Positions 1-12,095 of a stretch of 32,000 bases of DNA are shown here, in pieces (position 1 is the first letter of the stretch; each line of letters begins with the position of its first letter). The notes beneath the pieces were generated by a model. The model was not told the DNA's origin and did not search any database. It was given only the letters and a program-made list of their open reading frames with translations. The stretch comes from Candidatus Absconditicoccus praedator. Its GTDB lineage: Bacteria > Patescibacteriota > Gracilibacteria > Absconditabacterales > Absconditicoccaceae. The translations under genes were made by a program, and so were the position numbers. The stretch spans positions 120,001 to 152,000 of the forward strand of contig NZ_CP054059.1 in the NCBI RefSeq assembly GCF_021057185.1, given 5' to 3'.

Positions 1-1365
1 AGGTCTGCTTCTGCTCCTTTTATAACTTCAACATTACAGCAAGAAGCTAGTAATAAGCTTTGATGGTGAGTAAAGCAGGTAATGTCAGTTGCTCAAAAGT
101 TGTATGAAAATTGATATATAACATACATGAGAACGGATAGTTTGAATTTGTCGTCTTGATTTATCAACTCTGCATGATCATATATTAAAAAAAATTACTG
201 AAAAGAGTTTGTTCAAACCAAAAACTATAAAACAAAATCAAAATGAGCGCAAGAAGCCCATGAAGCAATAAGGCCTACAGATATAAATAAAACCCCAAAA
301 AATGTTGGGCTTTCTGGGAATGAAGCAAAGTTGTATACATTGATATGGACAAGAAGTTTAGCTACTCAAATGGCAGATGCAAAGCTTGAAAATCTTACAT
401 TGAAAATGACTGTGAAATGAAAAAATCATGAATGGTCTGCCAAAGGTCAGACAATAAAGTTTTTGGGTTTTATGCAAGTTTGGCAGGATGTTTTTGGAAA
501 GATTCCGATGCAAGAAAATATTTTGCCACCTTTACAAAAAGATCAAGAAATTGAGTCGGACAAAATTTTGTCAAATCAGCATTTTACAAAACCACCAGCA
601 AGATACACAGAGGCTACTTTGGTGAAAAAACTTGAAAGTGAGTGAATTTGAAGACCTTCTACATATGCACCAACAATAAGTACAATAATAGATAGAGGTT
701 ATGTAGAAAAAAAAGATGACAAAAAACTTCATCCTACAGATATAGCATTTTTGGTGAATGATTTTTTGGAGTCAAACTTTAAAAGCTTGATGGATTACAA
801 TTTTACAGCAAAAATGGAAGACAAGCTTGATAAAATTTCAGAATGAAAGCAAGACTGGGAAAAGATGTTGAAAGAATTTTGGAAAGATTTTGAAAAAGAT
901 TTGCAAGCATCAGATAAAAGCGAAAAAGCTAAAATGTATGTATGAGAAAAATGTCCTAAATGTTGATGAGATTTGGTGTATAAGTTTTGAAAAACAGGTA
1001 AGTTTATAGGTTGTGATAATTATCCTGACTGTAAATATGTTACAAACACCAAAGAAGAACAAGATTATATCCAACAACTAAAAGATAAATATGAATGAAA
1101 ACCTTGTCCAGAATGAGGTAATATAGTGGTAAAAGTATGAAGATATTGACCGTTTTTGGCTTCGGATAAGTATCCTGAAGTAAAGTGGATATGAAAAATA
1201 CCAGATGAGAAAACAGAGAAATTGCAGGAACAATTTGGCTGAGAAACTTGTGATAAATGTGGAGAATGAAAAATGGTTGTGAAAAAATGAAGAAGATGAC
1301 CATTTTTGGCTTGTGATAAATATCCAGACTGCAAAAATGCCAAACCTATTCCTAAGAAAAAATAA
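1..1365 (+). CDS. topA: DNA topoisomerase I, C-terminal part (5' end outside window)
   Basis: Frame +1 is open from base 1 when TGA = Gly. The translation includes [47 protein letters not shown] and LESEGIGRPSTYAPTISTIIDRGYVE. C-terminal CxxC zinc-ribbon repeats are present ([61 protein letters not shown]). Stop TAA at 1363-1365. Confidence 0.92.
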
Positions 1366-1410
1366 TTTTTTGATATTTGACAAAATAAAAAAGATGGTTA
1401 TAAATAGTAT

Positions 1411-1436
1411 GCTGGTAGTTTTGCCAGCGTTTTTTA
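1411..1436 (+). terminator. Rho-independent terminator after topA
   Basis: GCTGG (1411-1415) / CCAGC (1424-1428) stem with an 8-nt loop, followed by G + TTTTTT. Confidence 0.6.
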
Positions 1437-1442
1437 TAAAAA

Positions 1443-1701
1443 GGAGAATATATGCACAAAGTCCAGACTGTCCAGACTGAACGGGCTGCAAACTCTATCA
1501 TTACTGGCAGAGAGGTTATGAGACTCCAAAGCGAAGATGACTTTTGGAGACTTGTAGATGAACGTAGGGGAAATGAGGATGTAATTCCTCTCAGCCCCTT
1601 AGCTATAGAGTGTGCGGCCAAGAAGGGATGGTTGAAGACACCTGAGGTGTTATAACACTTCAGGTATCCACCTTGGAGTTTACTCCAAGGTGGTCTTTTT
1701 T
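1443..1701 (+). ncRNA. GC-rich structured RNA candidate of unassigned class (alternatively a 67-codon small ORF at 1452-1655)
   Basis: This roughly 260-nt island has much higher GC than its flanks. It has several internal helices: CUCCAAAG/CUUUUGGAG, GAGGA-UGUAAU-UCCUC, GGGCUG...CAGCCC, and a 10-bp hairpin at 1640-1665. It ends in a perfect 11-bp stem CCACCTTGGAG/CTCCAAGGTGG followed by a T-run (1668-1701). A direct 9-nt duplication GTCCAGACT x2 sits near the 5' end. The 5' boundary is uncertain. Confidence 0.4.
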
Positions 1702-1847
1702 GTTGAAAAATATTTAAAATTATTTATAAAATACTTATTTAGGAGGTTGCTCCTTTTTTATTTATATTGTTATCTTAAATGTTTTTAAATTCTTCTTAAG
1801 ATTAACTTTTAGATAATAGTTTTTAGTAATTAAGCTCTCAAAAAAAT

Positions 1848-4313
1848 ATGTTGTATAGTTGAAATATGATTGGTAGGTTGATAAATATTGATGATAGTTA
1901 TGAAAATTTAGTAAAAAATTTAACATTGAAGTCTTGTGAAGTAGAAGAAGTCAAAAAAAGACAGCTTCCAGATGAGTTGGTTGTTTGAAAGACTACAAAA
2001 GTAGAAAAACACCCTGATGCAGACAAATTGTATGTTTGTCAGGTAGACTGTGGAGAACACTGAAAATTTCAAATAATTACTTGATGAGAAAATATAGTTT
2101 CAAACAGATTTGTAGCTGTAGCATTACCAGGATGTTACCTTTCACATATAGATCTAAAAATTTGAGAAAGGAAGATGAGGTGACTTGATTCAGCAGGTAT
2201 GATTTGTTCAAAAGAAGAATTGTGAATAAATGAAGATACAGATAAACATTGGATATGGTTGTTGGATGAAGATATTTTGGTAGAGCAGTCTGATATATGA
2301 AAACCTCTAAAAAATGTTGCAACTTATTTAGAAAATGCAATTATAGATGTAGAAAATAAAACTTTGACAAACAGGCCTGATCTTACTGGACATTTTTGAT
2401 TGAGTACAGAAATATTTGCAATATATCCAAAAAACAAATTAAGGTATAGTAAAATAAACTCATATATGGAAGATTTCTCAAACATAAATGTTTTTGAAAT
2501 GTTAGAAAATACAAAACCATTAGAAAAAGAGATTATTTCAGAAACTTCATGATTGAGATCCTATATTTTGATGAGCATAGATAACATAAATGTTGAACAA
2601 TCTGATTTTTATACAAGATTGAATTTGTTAGACTTATGACTTACTCCAAAAAATAACTGGGTTGATTTTAGTAATTTATTTTTGTTTTTTACTTGACAGC
2701 CAATTCATTTCTTTGATGCAGACAAAGTGAAAGGGAATATAAGAATCAAAGATGCAAAAGACTGAGAAGAGTTTGAAGATCTGTTTTGAGAAAAGCATAC
2801 TCTAAATAGTAATGATCTTGTAATAGCAGATGATGAAAAGATATTGGCTTTAGCTTGAGTAATGTGATCAAATAATTCTTGTGTTGATGAAAATACCAAA
2901 AATATACTTGTTGAAATAGCAAATTTTGATAATGTTAGGGTTAGAAAAACTTGAACTAGACTTTGATTGAGAACTGATGCTCAAATAAGATATGAGAAGA
3001 ATATTAACCCACTTTTTTCTTTGTATGCTAGCATAATTTTTTTGGAAGAATTAAAGTTTTTTTATAAAACATTGTGAGATTATCAAATAGGTTGAACTAA
3101 TTTTTATGCAGATCAGTTTACAAGGTCTTTGTATACCAAAACAATTGATATAGATATTTCAAATATAGAAAAATTTGTTTTTTGAAAAGAAGCAGATTTA
3201 CAAGGTGATATAAAAAACACACTTGAATGATTGTGATTTGTATTTGTATGAAATAATACTATAAAAGTACCAGTTCGAAGATCTCCAGAAGATATAAATA
3301 TCAAAGAGGATGTTGTAGAAGAATTTGCTAGAATTTATTGATATGATAATATTAAAGAAATTCCATTGTCTTGGGATCTTGAGAATGTAGAATTTACTCA
3401 AGAAGTTAATTTACAAAGAAAGATAGAGGATGTTTTTTCAAAAGATTATGATTTTGATCAGATAGAAACTTATCCATGGATAAATGAAGATATCCTTGAT
3501 GTTTTTGGAGTTGATAAGTCACAACTAGTAGAGCTTGAAAATCCTATAGACTATCAGCAAAGATACCTAAGATCAGATATGCTTTGAAGTATGGTTTCTT
3601 CTGTAGCTAAAAATTTTAGAGAGTTTGATTTTATAAAAATATATGATACTGGTAAAGTTTGGTACAAAACTTCAGATAGTGTAGTGGAGCAAAAAAGACT
3701 TTCATTTGCTTTATATAAAAGATCAATTGACTGATGGCAAGAAGATTTGAGTTTGTTGGCTAAGTCTTATGTTAGAGGTTTTATATGAAGTATGTGAATA
3801 GATTTGAATATTGATTATCAGCCAACTGATAAATCTTATTTCCATCCCAAAAAACAATGAAAAATATTTTTGTGAGATGAAGAGATTTGATATATATGAG
3901 TTTTGCATCCTATATATTATGAAAATTTTAAATTTTTTGAAAATAGTCAGATATGTTATGTAGAATTGTGTTTGGAGAAAATAAGTAGTATTGTTGAGGC
4001 ATTTGACAAAAAGATCTGAAAATCTTATTATGAAACATTACAAGATCAAATAGTATTTAGAGATGTTAGTTTTGTGGTAGACAAAGATTTTCAATATTGA
4101 AAAATAATAGAACAAATCAATAAAGTAGAGTGAATAGAAGATGTGGATGTTTTTGATATATATTTTTGAGAAAATCTTCCAGAAAACAAAAAAAGTATAT
4201 CTTTGACATTGAAAATAAGATGAAAATGAGATAGTAGTTCTGATGAAATTAATAAACATATGCGAGAAGCAATAGAAAATGTAAAGTCAGTATGATGAGA
4301 AGTAAGAGAGTAG
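1848..4313 (+). CDS. pheT: Phenylalanine--tRNA ligase beta subunit
   Basis: Table-25 translation shows the tRNA-binding domain ([34 protein letters not shown]), a B3/4-type segment (IIDVENKTLTNRPDLTGHFGLS) and HFFDADKVKGNIRIKDAKDGEEF...LALAGVMGSNNSCVDENTKNILVEIANFD. Stop TAG at 4311-4313. An alternative start is ATG 1866 in the same frame. Confidence 0.9.
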
Positions 4314-4423
4314 TTTTACATAAAAATTGTATTTTAAAATATAAAATCTTATTATCAAGAAGTATTGACTTTAAGTTATAAATAATTATTAATTTTGTAT
4401 TTATAAATTATTTTGTTTTGATA

Positions 4424-5287
4424 ATGAAAGACAGTCTTTGTATCCTGAAGTTTGGTTCAGAAACTATCTGTCCAGAAAACACTTCTTGGTCTCAACATGT
4501 TGAAAATTTTAGAAAACAAATTGGTAATGTGATCTCTTCAAAAAAGGAAGATATGGACTTTGTAGTAGTTTCATCTTGAGCAGCAAAACTTTGAAGAATG
4601 TTTCACTGAGAAAATATGTCAAATGATGCATTGATGGCAAGTTTGTGACAACCAGAGCTGATAAATTTTTGGAAAGAGGTTGTATGACCTAAAGTATGAC
4701 AGATTTTGATAAACTATGTTCCTTCTATTGATATAAATAGTATGGAGACTAGTCAAAGAATTAGAAAAATACTTTCTAGCCTTTATGATAATATTAAAAC
4801 CCAACAGGATAAAAACATATATGATACTATAGTGGCAAATTTGGGTGTATGATCAATACCTGTTTGTAACTATAATGATTCTACTGATAGAATAGAAATT
4901 GAGTGAATAGATAGATTGGAAGATAATGATTATAATTCTGGTTATGTTGCAGAGTTGATGAGGCATTATGGAAACTGGGAGAATATATATTTGGTGACTT
5001 ACTCCAATTCGCCTTTGTGTGAAATTACTCAAGATTGACAATTTGTGATTCCTTATGTAAATCCAGATAAAACACCTCAAGAAGAGATTGCAAAATTATG
5101 CAACTGAAAATCTTCTTCTTGAAGATGATGAATGAAAACAAAAACTTGAATTCATCACTGGTTGGTGAGTAACGATATAGTAGATAAAAGTGTGATAGCA
5201 GACACTTCTTCCGATCTTGCAACTGTATTGTGATCTTTTGATAGAAGTGTACCATCTGATAAGTTTACTACATTTTCTAAAAATTAA
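4424..5287 (+). CDS. proB: Amino-acid kinase family protein, glutamate 5-kinase-like
   Basis: The translation contains ILKFGSE..., VVVSSGAAKLGR, ASLGQPELINFW, IPVCNYNDSTD, EDNDYNSGYVAEL and SSSGRGGMKTKTG, in the same order as ProB motifs (VSSGA, GQ, NEND, GDND, GTGGM.TK). Stop TAA at 5285-5287. Confidence 0.7.
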
Positions 5288-6282
5288 TGTCTAAATTATA
5301 CCAGTCTTTACTATGGAAAACTATTAATAAAGATATTTTGAAAAAGCCTACTTTTGAGGTAGAAATTTTGGGTAAAAAATATTTTGGAATTGTTAAAGAA
5401 AAATCAAAATTTTGAGTTAAATTTAGGTGGTATCAGGTGATGGGGGTTGATGTAGATTTTGATAATAACTTTTCAAATGAACTTCAAAACATAAAAAGAC
5501 AGTTTGGGGGTGACTTTGGTAATATACTCTTTCAGTTTGGTTTTACAAATATTGTTGATGAAGCAAGATCTTCTGATATGAAAGATTCAGTTATAGTAGA
5601 AAATATTAGAAATAACCAAAAGAAAATATCATCAGATATTACAAAAAAATACAATCTTAAACCTTCATTTAGAGAGAATATGCCTCCAGCAACCGTTTTG
5701 ATAGATTTGGAAAAATCCGAAGAAGAAATTTGGAATGAAATAAGTAAGAATACAAAACAAAAAATAAAAAAAGGTAAATCAAAATGATTAGAGTTTGGTA
5801 TTGCAAATAAAGAAGATATTGAAGAATTTTACAATTTGTGGTATACAACTTTAGGTTCAAAATGATATTCTATTTTACCAAAGAAAGATTATGAAAACTT
5901 GATTCACTTTTGTAAAAATGAGGAAGTAGGTGATTTGTTTTTGGTCAAAAAAGATTGAAAAATTGTAGCAGGTTCAATTTGTGTTTATGAAAACGATGAG
6001 GTATACTATTTGTATTGAGCTGCTAGTAGAGAGTTTGGGAATATATGACAACATCATTTTCTAAAATATAGTTTGTTCAATCATTTAAAGACTCTTTGAT
6101 ACAGGCAGTTTGATTTGTTATGAGTGGCTCCTGCCGGTGATGCTGATCACCCGTTGGTATCAGTTTCAGATTTTAAAAAATCTTTGGGCTGAAATTTTGT
6201 GCAGTATGTTGGAAACTTTGATTTGGTTTTGAGTAATTTTTTGTACAATGTTTTTGAAGTATCAAGAAAATTTAGATCATAA
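5287..6282 (+). CDS. FemAB-family (peptidoglycan interpeptide bridge, aminoacyl-tRNA-dependent transferase-like) protein
   Basis: The ATG overlaps the proB stop (TAATG). The 331-aa translation has a FemAB-like layout: NTKQKIKKGKSKGLEFGIANKEDIEEFYNLWYTTLGSKGYSILPKKDYENLI...IVAGSICVYENDEVYYLYGAASREFGNIGQHHFLKYSLFNHLKTLGYRQFDLLGV. Confidence 0.6.
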
Positions 6283-6514
6283 AATAACTTGGATTTAGGT
6301 TTATTGGTTTTATATTTGTTTAGACTCCAATTTTGCTTAAAAAATATATCTAATAAATTTAATGAATATATTTATTTCTATTGAAATATTAAACTATTTC
6401 TTTATTTATATAGTGTATGGATGTTTGATATGTATTCTTAGAATAATAGAGAGTTTTTTGTGTTACAAGCGTTTTTTCATTAAATATATATTTATAAGCT
6501 AATTTTTTATTAAA

Positions 6515-7609
6515 GTGCAGATAATAGTTGTTTGAATATTGCTAACTATATTTGGAGTTTTGGCTATGTACTCGGTAAGTATATATGAATCTTTCCGCCT
6601 TACAGTATGATTGGAAAACCTAGAGCCTTCCAATTATTTTTATTTCCTAAGACAAATGCAAAGTCTTATTATATGACTGATAGTTGCAATTATAGCTTAC
6701 AAAATTCCTCTTAGGTTTATCCAAGAGTACAGAAATATTATATTTATATTTGTGGTCTTATTCCAGCTTTTAGTGTTTACACCAATTTGAATAGAGCTTC
6801 AATGATCAAAATGATGGCTTTATATACAATGATTGTGAACTGTACAGCCAGCAGAGCTGTTCAAGCTTTGATTTGTAATATTTTTGTCTGGATGGTTTGT
6901 AAGAAAGAAAAAAGAACTTTCTAGTATTCCCTGATTTATAGCTTTTTTGATAGTGGCTGGTGTTTTTTCTGTAATATTTTTGGCGATTCCAGATCTTTGA
7001 ACACTAATGGTGATAGGTCCAGTGGCTTTGATAATGTACTGGTATGCTTGATGAAAGATTAAATATGTTTTGTGACTTTTGTTTGTATGATTGTTTTTGT
7101 GATATACTATATGAATGCAGTTTGATTATATTAGAGTAAGATTTGAGTACTTTTTTGATCCAAGTGTTGATGAGGATGCTAGATGAATAGGTTGGCAAAC
7201 TCAGCAAGCTCTTACTGCTATATGAGGCTGATGATTCTTGTGAGCTTGATACTGAAAATGACTTCAAAAATTTGGTTATATTCCAGAAGCTCAGTCTGAT
7301 TTTGTGTTTGCAGCTTTTTCAGAAGAAGTAGGATTTTTGTGAAATAGTATATTGCTGACTTTATATTTTTTGCTTTCATATTTTTTTCTCAAAAACCTAA
7401 GGTATGTCAAAAATGAGTATTTTAGGGTTTTATGAGTGGGAATAATATCTTTGATAATGATACAAGCTTTTGTGAATATATGAGTTAATGTAAATATACT
7501 ACCATTGACTTGAATAACATTGCCTTTTGTAAGTTATTGATGAACAGCATTGATGATAAATTTTGTCCAGATAGTTTTGCTTTACAAAATAATAACCGAA
7601 AAAACATAA
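6515..7609 (+). CDS. SEDS-family peptidoglycan polymerase FtsW/RodA
   Basis: The translation includes ELQGSKGWLYIQGLGTVQPAELFKLGFVIFLSGWF, PDLGTLMVIG, QTQQALTAIGGGGFLGAGYGKGLQKFGYIPEAQSDFVFAAFSEEVGFLG and NILPLTGITLPFVSYGGTALM. The start is tentatively GTG 6515 (an in-frame TAA lies at 6500-6502; the next ATG is 6570). Stop TAA at 7607-7609. Confidence 0.85.
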
Positions 7610-8490
7610 TGGCTTTTTTGGATGAAAATTGATTTGTGTGTGGGAAAAGTATTTTTGATGAAATTGTAGAATTTTCTATAAACTCACAAAAGTTTAAGTG
7701 CAAAAATAATTCTTTGATTATATATTATAGACAAAATCTGAAAGAAAAAGATATCAAACTTGTTTCTGATAAAATGACTGTTTTTAGGGTTTTGGATAGG
7801 CAGCCTTTTTTCTATGATATACCAAATATTTTGTTTTTTCTTTATGGAGTTAATATTTTTCAAGAATTTGATGAGAATACTTGAAAATTGTATTCGGTTT
7901 TGTTTTGATATGATGTTGATACTCAACAGGAAGTGAATGATGTGCTTGAAGTTTTGGGGAGTGATGTTTTTTTTCATCCAAGTTGAAAGTATATGATAAA
8001 TAATGATATAAATTTTTCTTTTGAAGATATCAAAAAGGATGTGTATGAGTGTATCGAGTACAATGATGTAGAAAAGGTTTTTTCTTTTCTTTTAGGGCTT
8101 GGGCTTTTTTATTGAAATTTTGATACACAAGAAAATGATAATGGTTGATTTCAAATCAATAACTTCAAGTTACACCTACCATTGAGCCTAAATCTTATCT
8201 GAGGAGAGGAGTTTTTCAGCGATATTTGAAATTTTTTGAAAAACAACTGAATTTTTGTGAAACAGGATTTTTTGAAAACAGATATGTCGTATGTTTATCA
8301 GTTGTCCACATCAGATTATGAGGTTTTGGAAAGTTTCAAAAATTACTTGAAAGATATTGTAAATATAGATTTCAATCCTAAGAAATATTTTGTAGAAACT
8401 ATTAAAGAAGAAATTTTGTCGTGATTTGAGTTTGAAGATTTCGACAAGGAAAAGCTTGATTGTTGAACTTTGAAATATTTTGTAAAGTAA
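7609..8490 (+). CDS. Hypothetical protein
   Basis: A 293-codon table-25 ORF whose ATG overlaps the upstream stop (TAATG). I recognise no family (MAFLDENGFVCGKSIFDEIVEFSINSQKF...KLDCGTLKYFVK). Confidence 0.6.
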
Positions 8491-8579
8491 TGCTTTGTTT
8501 TATGGAGTTTTATTGTTATGAAAGCTTATATTCACAAAAGTCTAAATTTTTAGTAATTTAAAGTTTTTCTTAACTCAGG

Positions 8580-8801
8580 GTAAAAAGGAAATTTGCCTCA
8601 AATTATTATACTTTACCCCTAAATTATCGCGCGAAGTTTGAGATATACAGCATCCCTAAGTTACCGCGCGGAGTTTAAGGTATGGACCACCCCTAAATTA
8701 TCGCGCGGAGTTGAGGGTGTGTGGCATCCCTAAATCATCGCGCCAAGTTTGAGGTGTGCTACATCCTTCAAACATCAAATGAATATTGTAGGTGTGATTT
8801 G
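8580..8801. repeat. GC-rich 37-bp tandem repeat: 4 good copies flanked by degenerate copies
   Basis: Copies start at 8617, 8654, 8691 and 8728, an exact 37-bp period. Example: CCCTAAATTATCGCGCGGAGTTGAGGGTGTGTGGCAT. The first ~27 nt are conserved and form an imperfect palindrome around TCGCGCGA; the last ~10 nt vary. Degenerate copies start at ~8580 and 8765. Confidence 0.85.
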
Positions 8802-8913
8802 TCTTTAAAATTGAAATATCATAATTTTTTGAATGTCAATTTGTTAGTTTGCTCTTGAAATCAGAGTTTTTTTGATTATAAAAACTTTTTGTTTTTAAAT
8901 CCTTAAAAATATT

Positions 8914-10326
8914 ATGTGATCCTTTCTTAACTATATCTTGAAAAGAAAAAATAATCTGATAATTTGACTTTTGGCATTTTTGCTTTTGTATACACCTTTG
9001 ACAATGGCTGCCTGACCATCAGAATTGGCTTGAGAAAGTGTTGCTTTTACTTTCTTTGCTCTGGCTATAATTCTAATTTTTTCAAAACTATGATGACTTG
9101 TAGAAAAAATTTGATTCCCTTCGGTCTTGTGACAACTTTTGGCTTGAGTAGTATTATGAAACCTTTTTCTGGTTTGAATAGATTTTTTTGAACCAATCAA
9201 AGAAAATCCATTGCTTATGTTTTTGTCTCAGTTGTGAGTTTTGATACTTTTGTTCCAGATATGACTGGAATCAGAGATAGGGCAAATGAAAAGAGTATGA
9301 ATCAAGGCAATAAATGTAGCATTGGTATGAGTGATTTTGCCCTTTGTATTGGGTTATTTTACAAGTATGCGACTTTTGCCAGATGATGGTATTGCTACTT
9401 GGTTGTTCTTGTGAGCTGCCTTTACAGCAACTTCTGTGGGTATTACCATGTCTGTTTTCAAAGATAATAATATGGTGCAATCCAAAGAGTGACAGATAGT
9501 TCTTTGAGCAGCGGTGATAGACGATGTTTTGTGACTTTTGATACTGGCTATTATTACAGCTATAGTAGCAGATCCTACTGGATGATTGAATTTCATGGAA
9601 ATAGGATCGATAATTTTACAAGCATTTGTTTTCCTGTTTTGAGCTATAGTTTTGTGACAGCTTTTGGAGTGACCAATTAGTAAAGCTTTTGCTAAGATAA
9701 GTACTGGTCTTTGAATGAAGTTTACTATAGTTATTTCTTTTTGTTTGATATTTGCATATTTGGCAGATTTGGCAGGTTTGGATCCTATAATAGGTGCTTT
9801 TGCTGCATGACTTATACTTGATCCTGTTTACTTCAAATATTACAAAGATATTCATGTGGTTAATGATATGAAATCTTATGTAGATTCTGTAGATCTAAAA
9901 AAAGAGGATAAGGATAGATTTGATAATATATTAAAATCTCATGAAAGAAGAAACTTAGAAGATCTAATAGAACCAATATGAATGATGTTGATTCCATTGT
10001 TTTTTGTGATGACCTGAATGCAGCTAGATTTGACTGTATTTAGTGACTTAAGTGTTGTAGCTTTGTCTTTGATACTTACTGTTTTGGCTTTTCTGTGAAA
10101 ATATCTTTCTTGATTTGTAGCTACTGGCATGAATAAACATGTAGTTGGTCTTTGAATGACTCCAAGATGAGAGGTATGACTTGTGTTTGCATCTATAGGT
10201 CTTTGAATGTGAGCTATTAGTAATGAGGTGTTTGGTATAATTATTATTGTTGTGATACTTACAACATTTATTGCACCAGTGATTTTGAATAACTTGCTAA
10301 AAAAATGAGCTTGTGATAACTGTTAA
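8914..10326 (+). CDS. Cation:proton antiporter, CPA2 (Kef/NapA-like) family
   Basis: The 470-aa table-25 translation is a polytopic membrane protein. It includes FSKLGGLVEKIGFPSVLGQLLAGVVLG, LGAAVIDDVLGLLILAIITAIV and GLGMTPRGEVGLVFASIGLG. Stop TAA at 10324-10326. Confidence 0.85.
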
Positions 10327-10387
10327 TAATCTATTGAAAAATTTTTTTAGCTTGTTATAATCTTAGAGTTTAAAAATTAGACTTATA

Positions 10388-10669
10388 ATGAAAAAACTTT
10401 TGGTGATCTCTGGATTGAGTTTTGTTTTGTTTGTATCAACATGATGTAACATTTCGGATGAAGCTGATAAGGTTTGAGAAAAAATCTATGAGTGATGAGA
10501 AAAATTACTTAATGAGTGAGAGAACTTGTCTGAATCAGAAAGTGAAGCTGAGCAAGCAGATGATGTTGATCAACATATTGCACCTGATGAGCAAGAAATC
10601 CAAGTAGAAGATGATTCTGATGATGATCTTTGAGAAATGGAAGATGTTTTAAATCAGTTATTAGAATAG
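10388..10669 (+). CDS. Small acidic putative lipoprotein
   Basis: MKKLLVISGLSFVLFVSTGC is a signal peptide with a lipobox-like STG|C, in which the Gly is a TGA codon. The remainder is strongly acidic (ESESEAEQADDVD...EDDSDDDLGEMED). Confidence 0.55.
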
Positions 10670-10673
10670 ATAA

Positions 10674-12095
10674 ATGAATTATACATTAAAAGATTATATT
10701 AACAAAGTTGATAACAATACTATCCAACCTGAATCTATAGTAGAAGATTATCTAAATAAAGCTCAAAAAGAAAATGACAAGTATTTTTCATATGTTAGAT
10801 TTCACGAAGATTATATAAAAGAAAATATTCAATCCTTGCAACAGCTTCCTTTGAGATGAGCTCCAATATGAGTAAAAGACAACTTTATTACAAAATGATA
10901 TGTATCAAGTTGTGGTTCAAAAATGCTTGAAAATTATATTTGAGTTTATGAGTCTACAGTAACACAAAATCTTAAACAAGCCTGAGCTTGTATGATTGGG
11001 AAAACAAATATGGATGAGTTTGCTATGTGAAGTAGTACCGAAAACTCATATTTTTGAGTAACAAAAAACCCGTACTGAGAAAATATGATTCCTGGGGGGT
11101 CTTCTGGATGATCTGCAGTTGCTGTTGCTTCTGATGGCTGTATAGCTGCTCTTGGTACAGATACTTGATGAAGTATAAGACAACCTGCTAGTATGTGTGG
11201 GGTAGTAGGTTTGAAACCAACATATTGAAGAGTTTCTAGATTTGGTATTCAGGCTATGGCTTCATCATTGGATCAGGCTTGAACATTTACTAAAACTGTA
11301 GAAGATGCTTCTATACTTTTGAAGGCTATGTCTTGAAAAGATGAAAATGATGCTACAAGTGTACACAAAGAAGATTATGATTCTTGGGATGATGCAGTCA
11401 AAACAAAAGATTTGAAATGATATAAAATTGCTGTGTTCAATGAGTTTTTTGGAGAATGAATTGATGAAGATGTGAAAAAAGTAGTTAAAGAAAATATTTC
11501 TAAAATTGAATCTTTGTGAGCACAGGTAGAGTATATTGATTTTCCTATGCTTGAATATGCTTTGTCTGTGTATTATGTGGTGATGCCAGCTGAACTAAGT
11601 ACTAACTTGTCTAGATTTGATGGTATAAGATTTTGACATCAAAAAGACAGTTTTGATTTTGATAGTATATATGATTACTATTCTAATATAAGAAAAGAAG
11701 GTTTTGGTGATGAGACAAAAAGAAGAATAATAGTAGGAACATATGTTTTGAGTGCAGGTTATTATGATGCTTATTATCTTAGAGCTCAGAAGATAAGAAA
11801 ACTTATAAAGAAAGATTTTGATAAAATATTTGCTGAATATGATGCAATAGTAGGTCCTGTAGCTCCTACAGCTGCCTGGAAAATATGAGAAAAAACAAAT
11901 GATCCATTGAAAATGTATCTTTCTGATATATATACTATACCAGCAAATCTGGCTTGATTGCCTGCAATCTCAGTTCCATGAGGTTTTGTAAATAAAGACT
12001 GATCAGATTTGCCAGTGTGAATTCATATAATGGCAAATCAGTGGAGAGAAGATAATATTTTTGCTGTATCTTCAGCTTTGGAAAAAAACAACTAA
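10674..12095 (+). CDS. gatA: Glutamyl-tRNA(Gln) amidotransferase subunit A (amidase signature family)
   Basis: The translation includes [41 protein letters not shown] and [53 protein letters not shown]. One Gly of GGSSGG is the TGA at 11109-11111. Stop TAA at 12093-12095. Confidence 0.9.

Noticed and set aside
1040-1621. Minus-strand ORFs overlapping the end of topA and the GC-rich island.
   Set aside because: They are antisense to the clearly supported topA frame (zinc-ribbon repeats) or run through the structured-RNA region. They have no recognisable features.
1443-1701. Assigning the GC-rich RNA to RNase P RNA, tmRNA, SRP RNA, 6S RNA or a Phe T-box leader.
   Set aside because: Only scattered short resemblances were found. 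There is no ACAGAA/GGCUUA P4 partner, no tRNA-like end or tag ORF ending in alanines, no GGAAGCAGC helix-8 motif, and no GGGUGGUACCGCG T-box sequence. The class cannot be called by eye.
8617-8764. The 37-bp tandem repeat as a second mini-CRISPR array.
   Set aside because: The variable part of each unit is only about 10 nt, which is too short for spacers. The units also decay gradually at both ends like an ordinary tandem repeat.
10388-10669. The 93-codon gene directly upstream of gatA as gatC.
   Set aside because: Its position is suggestive, but the sequence is a signal peptide and lipobox followed by an acidic low-complexity tail. It does not resemble GatC.
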